In this document: positions 58,155 to 64,000 of the stretch, piece by piece | How the letters are laid out: each line of letters begins with the position of its first letter | Numbering within the stretch: position 1 is the first letter of the stretch | Source: Candidatus Aminicenantes bacterium JdFR-78 | Lineage (GTDB): Bacteria; Acidobacteriota; Aminicenantia; JdFR-78 | Direction: 5' to 3' | Length of the DNA: 64,000 nucleotides | Assembly (NCBI GenBank): GCA_002010665.1 | Contig: MTON01000032.1 | Location: 800-64,799, forward strand | Program-made: the position numbers and the translations under genes | Notes under the pieces: model-generated | What the model saw: only the letters and a program-made list of their open reading frames with translations | The model's database searches: none | Told to the model about the DNA's origin: nothing

Positions 58155-59111
58155 CTATCTTTCTGAACTTCCTTTCTTGTTCAAGCCAATAGAAACATCT
58201 TCTCTAACTTCTTCAATTGTTCTCATCCCCGGTATTGCTGTATGGATATTAGGATTGCTCAGAACAAACTTCAATAGTTTTTCAACCCCGTATTTTTTGA
58301 TTAATTTACCAGCACCCAGTGGTTTTTTACAAATGACCCCCACATCATATTGTCTTGCGAGCTCAAGAAGTGCTTTTATTGAATCATTCTGAAATTCAAT
58401 ATGATAGGATACCATGATAGTATCAAATTCACCTGTTTTAATTGCCTCAGCCATAACTCTAATTTCTTTTTCAGAATCTATACGCCAATACCCATCTATG
58501 GGACTGTGAGCACCAGTAATCCCAATGAAATCTATTTTTCCTAAAGCTCGATATTCTTTAACTTTTTTTAGAGCTCCATATTTTTCATTAAGTATAAATT
58601 CCAAATCCCACATGGAACTTACACCGTGCATTTGAAGAATGTCTATTTTTTCTACTTGAAGACGAGCGAGACTTTCTTTGATATCCATTTCAGCTCCCTT
58701 AGCTTCCCTTCTTACAGTTTTAGTTGCAATGTATACTTTATCTCTTAATCCTTTTATAGCTTCTCCTATTACTCTTTCACTCATACCATCCCCATATTTG
58801 TGAGCTGTGTCAATAAAATTTACCCCCAGTTTAATAGCTTCTCGAATAATTTGTGCTTGCCTCCAATCTACTATTCCACCTCCTCCATAGCCTATAACTG
58901 ATACCATTAAATTTGTTCGCCCTAATCTCCTTTTTATCATATCTCCATTTTGTGATTCTGTTTCTCTTAAATAATTTGAAGATTTAAGCATAATAAATGT
59001 TGCACCTAAACCTTTTAAAAATTCTCTTCTTTTCATGAAATTCTCTCCATAAAAGATTCTATCCATCTTTTTAGACAATTTTTTCGTATAAATCTTTGAT
59101 TGAATAATCAA
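58155..59111 (-). CDS. aldo/keto reductase with a Tat-type signal (probable start at M26, MKRREFLKGLGATFIML)
   Basis: The AKR fold motifs are ...LGRTNLMVSVIGYGGGG..., ...IDTAHKYGDG... and ...ITGAHSPIDGYW.... The RREFLK Tat motif begins at the codon for M26. Confidence 0.8.
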   Translation of the reverse strand: MIIQSKIYTKKLSKKMDRIFYGENFMKRREFLKGLGATFIMLKSSNYLRETESQNGDMIKRRLGRTNLMVSVIGYGGGGIVDWRQAQIIREAIKLGVNFIDTAHKYGDGMSERVIGEAIKGLRDKVYIATKTVRREAKGAEMDIKESLARLQVEKIDILQMHGVSSMWDLEFILNEKYGALKKVKEYRALGKIDFIGITGAHSPIDGYWRIDSEKEIRVMAEAIKTGEFDTIMVSYHIEFQNDSIKALLELARQYDVGVICKKPLGAGKLIKKYGVEKLLKFVLSNPNIHTAIPGMRTIEEVREDVSIGLNKKGSSER

Positions 59112-59171
59112 AGAAAACAGATTAAAAATTGTCTAAAAGAATGGACAAGAATTTGAAGAGGAGAGTTTGAA

Positions 59172-59405
59172 ATGAAAATTTTTAGAAAAATTAAGAAATT
59201 TTTAGTCATAGGAATAATTTTTGGAATAATAGGGACAGGAATTAGCTGTACTGTTTTTGTCCGTCGTCCTCCAAAACCAGCTCCAATTATTGAAGTTAGA
59301 CCTCCAAAACCTCATCCACGAGCAATTTGGGTTCCTGGACATTGGAAGTGGAGTTATAAATATCACAAGTGGGTGTGGATTCCTGGTCATTGGGAGATAA
59401 AATAA
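59172..59405 (+). CDS. small WXXGXW-repeat lipoprotein
   Basis: The signal has a lipobox-like ...GTGISC. The two repeats are RPPKP.P...WVPGHWKW and ...WIPGHWEI. Confidence 0.45.
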   Translation: MKIFRKIKKFLVIGIIFGIIGTGISCTVFVRRPPKPAPIIEVRPPKPHPRAIWVPGHWKWSYKYHKWVWIPGHWEIK

Positions 59406-59425
59406 ATCAGGTAAAAAATTTGAAA

Positions 59426-61684
59426 ATGCAAAAAGTAATAAAATTAAGTTTCCTTTTATTTTTTGTATTCTCTTTTTCTCTTCGAGCGGAAATTGTTTTG
59501 AAGAATAATCATGTAAAACTCATTTTTAATGAAAATACTTATGCATTAAAAAGAATAGAAAAAAATAATGTAATTTATCGTTTTAAAATAGAAGAAAGTC
59601 CATTATGGGCAATAACCTTACTTGATGCATCTTCTTATCCAGTGACTGTGAATACCTTATATAGATATAATTCATTTCAAGTTAATGCTATTAAGTCCTA
59701 TAAAATTACTGGATATTCTGGAGAAAAAATTCTCGAATTAAAATGGGAAGATATAAATGTTTTTGAAACAGGTAAAATTTCTGTAATAGTTACAGTAAAA
59801 CTTGAAGAAAATACTTCACTATCTCATTGGAGAATTCAAGTTAAAAATAAATCATCACAATTTAGTATATTCCATTTGGATTTTCCATATATATCTATAA
59901 ATCCTTCATATTCAGGAGGGAAACTTGATACACTTGTTTTTCCTTCTTATGGTGGATGTATCTTCAATAACCCAGAAAGAACTGCTAAGATTTCAATAGA
60001 TCTTAATAGTGATATTAATTCTAATGCAAGCAATTTTAAAGGAACCTATCCTGGTAATGTCTCAATGCAGTTTAGCTATTTATATGATGGGAGAGCTAAA
60101 AGAGGACTTTATTTTTCTTCACTTGATAAAAGAGGATTTCTCAAAAGATATAATATAGTCGGAAAAGGAAACTTTATAGAGTATTTCATCCGCCAGTATC
60201 CTGAAAATAATAATTTGCCTGCACAGAATTATATCCAACCATATGACGTCATTATCTTGCCTCTAACAGGAGACTGGATAGATGCTTGTAAATTCTATCG
60301 GAACAAGTTTGCTAAATATACTCCCTGGACTTCTCAGGGGAGGATTTATAAACGAAAAGACGAAAGAAAATATGGGCCAAAAATTCCTCTTATTTTATGG
60401 TGGGAGATATCTTCATCTCTCAATGAAATGATAAATATAGTATTGGATAACAAGAATTTTTTTGGCGTTGATCTTGGTGTGCACATAAGGAATAATGGTT
60501 GGGATAAATTTCTTTCCACAGGTTATCTTTCCTCTCATTTTATAGACTTTTGCAAATCTTTAGCCAGTTATGGAGTCAGAACTATACCTTATACATCAAC
60601 CCGAGACTGGCGAAATAGCATTTGGCCAGATCCAAGAGCAGAGTCTGCTGTGGCACGCACTATAAATAATGAACCCTATTACAATGCAAGATTTAACTGT
60701 TACATTATGGACCCCTCTTCTTCTATTTGGAAAACTCTCTATCCTGAAAAAGTCAATTATCTTTTAAAAGAAGCTGGGGCAACTGATGTATATTTGGATA
60801 ACTATCCTATTCCAAAATTATGTTATCAAAAGACTCATAATCATTCTCTTGGGGGAGGAACTTATTGGCTTGATGGCTATAAAATTATGTTTGATCGAAT
60901 AAGGAAATCAAATCCTCAGGCAAGTATGGCAAATGAGAGCAGGGCAGAAATGCTTATTCCATGGTTAGATATTTTCCCTGCTGGATACTGGGAAAATCCA
61001 GAAGGAGTAAAACCTTTTTCAGGAAAAGGCTCTTATCCTATACCTATGGTTGCTTGTGTCTATCATGACTATGTAGGTTTTTTTGGAAGCGCATCAAAGG
61101 ATTGGGAAGAATATAATACATATCAATTCGCTTTTCAGCAAGCATATGCTTTTGTAAATGGTAATAAACTTAGTATAAAGGCTTGCGAACAAAGGATTGA
61201 GAATTTTTCAAATAAGAAATTAAAAGACTGGAATTATGTAAAAACATTAGCTAAATATATTGTAGCTGGAGCAGATTATCTTTACTATGGGAGTTGGGAG
61301 CGTCCTCCTGAACTTAAAAATTTTCCTAATGTGATTGTTCATTTTCCTAATTCCTACCCAGAAATGTATAGAAGACTAAATACTTTATCTGTTTTAGCCG
61401 GGGCTTTTAAGTCTCCAGAGGAAAGACTTGGCTTAGTTTTTACTAATTTTACTAACCATGAAGTTTCTGGGTCTTTTTCAATTAATCTTGATTTCTATAA
61501 TATGCTACCAGGTTTTTACCGTGTGTATGAACTGTTGAATTCAGGAGATATTAGGCAAATAGATAGTTTCTCTGGTAATTATTATGAAAAATATTTAATC
61601 TTTCCAGAAAAGAGCGTGAGATTTTTAATAATAACTAATGAATTAATTGGTTCAGAAAGTAAAAAAGGTAAGAAAAGAAGATAA
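59426..61684 (+). CDS. secreted hypothetical protein, possible glycoside hydrolase-like TIM-barrel enzyme
   Basis: The signal peptide is MQKVIKLSFLLFFVFSFSLRA. The protein is large and rich in Trp/Tyr and acidic residues. I recognised no definitive motif. The ORF-track start at 59369 overlaps the upstream lipoprotein and is probably an over-extension. Confidence 0.35.
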   Translation: MQKVIKLSFLLFFVFSFSLRAEIVLKNNHVKLIFNENTYALKRIEKNNVIYRFKIEESPLWAITLLDASSYPVTVNTLYRYNSFQVNAIKSYKITGYSGEKILELKWEDINVFETGKISVIVTVKLEENTSLSHWRIQVKNKSSQFSIFHLDFPYISINPSYSGGKLDTLVFPSYGGCIFNNPERTAKISIDLNSDINSNASNFKGTYPGNVSMQFSYLYDGRAKRGLYFSSLDKRGFLKRYNIVGKGNFIEYFIRQYPENNNLPAQNYIQPYDVIILPLTGDWIDACKFYRNKFAKYTPWTSQGRIYKRKDERKYGPKIPLILWWEISSSLNEMINIVLDNKNFFGVDLGVHIRNNGWDKFLSTGYLSSHFIDFCKSLASYGVRTIPYTSTRDWRNSIWPDPRAESAVARTINNEPYYNARFNCYIMDPSSSIWKTLYPEKVNYLLKEAGATDVYLDNYPIPKLCYQKTHNHSLGGGTYWLDGYKIMFDRIRKSNPQASMANESRAEMLIPWLDIFPAGYWENPEGVKPFSGKGSYPIPMVACVYHDYVGFFGSASKDWEEYNTYQFAFQQAYAFVNGNKLSIKACEQRIENFSNKKLKDWNYVKTLAKYIVAGADYLYYGSWERPPELKNFPNVIVHFPNSYPEMYRRLNTLSVLAGAFKSPEERLGLVFTNFTNHEVSGSFSINLDFYNMLPGFYRVYELLNSGDIRQIDSFSGNYYEKYLIFPEKSVRFLIITNELIGSESKKGKKRR

Positions 61685-61849
61685 GCCTTATAAAACTTAA
61701 AATGCAAAATTCAAAAATAAAAATGACAACTTAAAATTCAAAATTAATAAAAAGGGTTCAAGGATTTGAGTTTGATTTTGAAAGAACTTAAAACAATTCG
61801 AAGAAGGAGATAAGGAAAAAAAATCTCTAATTTTTAAGGAGAGAATAAG

Positions 61850-63310
61850 ATGAATCAAAAGATACTCTTATTAATCGGATTAACTTTTTTTGTGGCGTTA
61901 ATTATATTCAGTCTAATACCAGAAAAAATAGCTTCAGGTACTATCAAGACAATAGAACAGGGCTCATCAGCTTATTATGAGGATTCTCCCTTTGGATTCC
62001 ACACTTCTTTAATAAGAAATGAATATCCACCATATAAAAGTGCTCAAGATTTAGGAGTAAAATGGGAGAGGCCTGGACTTTATGCTTTCTGGTTTTTAGT
62101 ACAGCCAACTCAAACTGATATAGATAATGGTATCTATCATTGGGAAAAACTTGATGAACAATATAAAAAAATTCCCAAGGGTTTGAATATCTTAGGAAAT
62201 ATTGCTATAGAACCTCATAAAAAGGAGTCGGATATTCACTCTTTTCCTCGGTCTTTTCTTCCTCGAAATCTAAAAAAATATCAAGAATTTGTAAAGAAAT
62301 TAATTGATAGATATGATGGTAATGGTAAAAATGATATGCCCAATCTCTCAAATCCAATAAAATATTGGCAGATAGATAATGAACCGCCTGCTGGAAAAAG
62401 GGATTATGCACAGTTTCTAAAAATAACTTATCAAGCAATAAAGGAACAAAATCCTGAAATAAAAATTCTTATTGGAGGAGTGCCTGGATTTCCTAAAACT
62501 TATCTTTTAAATTTTGAATTAAATTATAAACCAATTCTTCAAGAACTTAACGGCTATGGATTCGACATTTTTGATTTTCATTGGTATGGAAATGCAACTG
62601 GGGACTATAAAAAGATGGAGGAAGTTTATTATATTATAAGACAGGAACTAATCAATAATAAATTCTCAAATCCTGAAATTTGGATTACTGAAATGGGTTC
62701 ATATAGTGGAAAACCAAAATATTTGCCATTTCAAAGCGAGGAGCAGCAAGCATTAGATTTAATTAAGCGATATGTCTATTCAATCGCTTTAGGAATAAAA
62801 AAGATTTTCTGGGCATGGGGACTAATGGAAGGATTTAAGCATGATAATGGTTATTTTGATCATACAGGACTTATTTATGATGGTGAATTTGGAGATGATA
62901 TGGGCAGAAATGTTAAGAAGTTGGCTTATTATACTTATAAACTTATGGTAGATAAGTTAGAAGAGAGTAATTGGAATAAAATAGAAACAATTATAAATGG
63001 AATTGACAATATTTATGCTTATAAATTTATTAAGAAAAATACAGGGAAGTCTATTTATGTTCTCTGGTGGGATTATTTTGATGATATTGGAAGTAGCAAA
63101 ACTATTACTTTAAATGTTGACTTTACTGGATATGCTTTAGTAACTAATGCTATTCCTAATGCAGAATCAGGAGCATACTTAAATGAAAATGATTATCCTA
63201 ATTTCTTTGAAACACAAATTAAATCCGTAATCGATAGAAAAATCACTTTAACATTAGGTAAGATACCTGTATTTGTGGAAGGAATTAAAGCAATTAGAAA
63301 AAGAAGGTGA
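61850..63310 (+). CDS. secreted clan GH-A glycoside hydrolase-like protein
   Basis: It has a signal/TM. YWQIDNEP is acid/base-Glu NEP-like, and IWITEMGS is nucleophile-Glu TE(M)G-like, in the spacing expected of GH5/GH39-type (beta/alpha)8 enzymes. Confidence 0.5.
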   Translation: MNQKILLLIGLTFFVALIIFSLIPEKIASGTIKTIEQGSSAYYEDSPFGFHTSLIRNEYPPYKSAQDLGVKWERPGLYAFWFLVQPTQTDIDNGIYHWEKLDEQYKKIPKGLNILGNIAIEPHKKESDIHSFPRSFLPRNLKKYQEFVKKLIDRYDGNGKNDMPNLSNPIKYWQIDNEPPAGKRDYAQFLKITYQAIKEQNPEIKILIGGVPGFPKTYLLNFELNYKPILQELNGYGFDIFDFHWYGNATGDYKKMEEVYYIIRQELINNKFSNPEIWITEMGSYSGKPKYLPFQSEEQQALDLIKRYVYSIALGIKKIFWAWGLMEGFKHDNGYFDHTGLIYDGEFGDDMGRNVKKLAYYTYKLMVDKLEESNWNKIETIINGIDNIYAYKFIKKNTGKSIYVLWWDYFDDIGSSKTITLNVDFTGYALVTNAIPNAESGAYLNENDYPNFFETQIKSVIDRKITLTLGKIPVFVEGIKAIRKRR

Positions 63311-63332
63311 AAATAGTTAAGAAGGAAATAAA

Positions 63333-64000
63333 ATGAACAAGAAATTATTCCTTTTACTATTATTAATTTCAGTAATTGTCTTTGTTAACGGATATGACCA
63401 TCAATTTGTTCAAAAACCTCCTGAGAGTCAATATTATGGAGAAGAATCAACAAGAATAAGGATAAACTTTCTTAAAAAGGTTCACATAGGACCAGGAGCC
63501 AGACCTGAAGTGGTTGCTACAAAAGATAGAGTTTTTATTGTTTACCTTGACACAGCAATAAGAGGTGAACAAGCTTTTTCCGTTAAAATTTATGATAAGG
63601 ATATGAATAATGAAATCGCTTACAAGATACTAGTTTCAACATCAGTAGAATATGGCAAGCCCACTGATATTAGAGTTGCCTCAGATGGTCAGTATCTTTA
63701 TGCCTTTTATGAGACAGTTAATATGAATAGTGGTAAAGCTTATCTCTGGGGAGCAAAATATAGATTAGATGACAATTTTGATAAGGTGGCTTATACCCCA
63801 AGCCCAATTTCCGCGGGACCAATCTTTACTGCAGCTCAACTAGGAGATGAAAAGGTTGATGACCCCATAGCTTTAATAGCACCTGATTCTGTTTTTGTTA
63901 TAACCAGAATAAAACAAGTGTCATTTTCTAAAGAGGTGCCCATGGTTTATCGAGTCAGGGAATTCACCTATGATCTACAAACCAAACTTTCCGAGTTTGA
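63333..64000 (+). CDS. hypothetical secreted protein, 5' partial (runs off the window end)
   Basis: ATG 63333 has an upstream AGGAAATAAA. The signal peptide is MNKKLFLLLLLISVIVFVNG. The frame is open to the window end and is absent from the ORF track because no stop is reached. Confidence 0.4.
   Translation, partial: MNKKLFLLLLLISVIVFVNGYDHQFVQKPPESQYYGEESTRIRINFLKKVHIGPGARPEVVATKDRVFIVYLDTAIRGEQAFSVKIYDKDMNNEIAYKILVSTSVEYGKPTDIRVASDGQYLYAFYETVNMNSGKAYLWGAKYRLDDNFDKVAYTPSPISAGPIFTAAQLGDEKVDDPIALIAPDSVFVITRIKQVSFSKEVPMVYRVREFTYDLQTKLSEF

Noticed and set aside
1-64000. CRISPR arrays, insertion sequences, integrases or prophage modules, including tRNA-Lys as an integration hotspot.
   Set aside because: I saw no regularly spaced direct repeats, no transposase, recombinase or reverse-transcriptase-like ORFs, and no inverted terminal repeats. 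tRNA-Lys is flanked by housekeeping genes (a transglycosylase and tatD) with no att-like duplication of the tRNA 3' end nearby.

Overview
This is a densely coding 64 kb segment of an AT-rich chromosome, roughly one-third GC by eye, with Lys/Ile/Asn-rich proteins. The organism looks diderm: there is an LPS inner-core locus with heptosyltransferase, O-antigen ligase, HldE-type heptose kinase, Kdo/WaaP-family kinase and GT1. Tat signal motifs and a sigma-54 activator (NtrC-like) are present, and it uses the standard genetic code. The last point rests on prfB carrying the classic UGA-dependent +1 frameshift site and on many genes ending in TGA. Structured RNAs (RNase P RNA, tRNA-Lys) are far more GC-rich than the surrounding genome. 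I saw no CRISPR array, transposase, integrase or phage module. Recognisable housekeeping genes are prfB, mazG, ribF, plsY, ubiE/menG, fabH, galT, efp, queC/D/E, tatD, ridA, ald, aldehyde dehydrogenase, an aminotransferase, a peptidoglycan transglycosylase, and a two-component cluster (hybrid histidine kinase, REC, NarL-type pair, NtrC-type). The findings worth a second look are listed here.
- At the window start, a redoxin, an NHL-propeller lipoprotein and a translationally coupled secreted peptide carrying 12 Cys and 6 Trp in about 55 mature residues form one apparent unit.
- A GGQ-less eRF1/Pelota-like protein (34621..35772) sits among metabolic genes.
- A ResB/CcsB-like protein is paired with a WWD-less membrane partner and fused in an operon to ald.
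- The NtrC-like CDS runs 86 nt into the rnpB gene before meeting a stop.
- A DUF318-type permease has an in-frame TGA.
- A GAF-GAF-GGDEF gene is frame-disrupted just before the GGEEF motif.
- RidA, an M24 peptidase and an AKR each carry a Tat-like RRxFLK leader.
- A cluster of secreted putative glycosidases follows a WXXGXW-repeat mini-lipoprotein at the 3' end.
- Several repeat or palindrome motifs sit in promoter regions.
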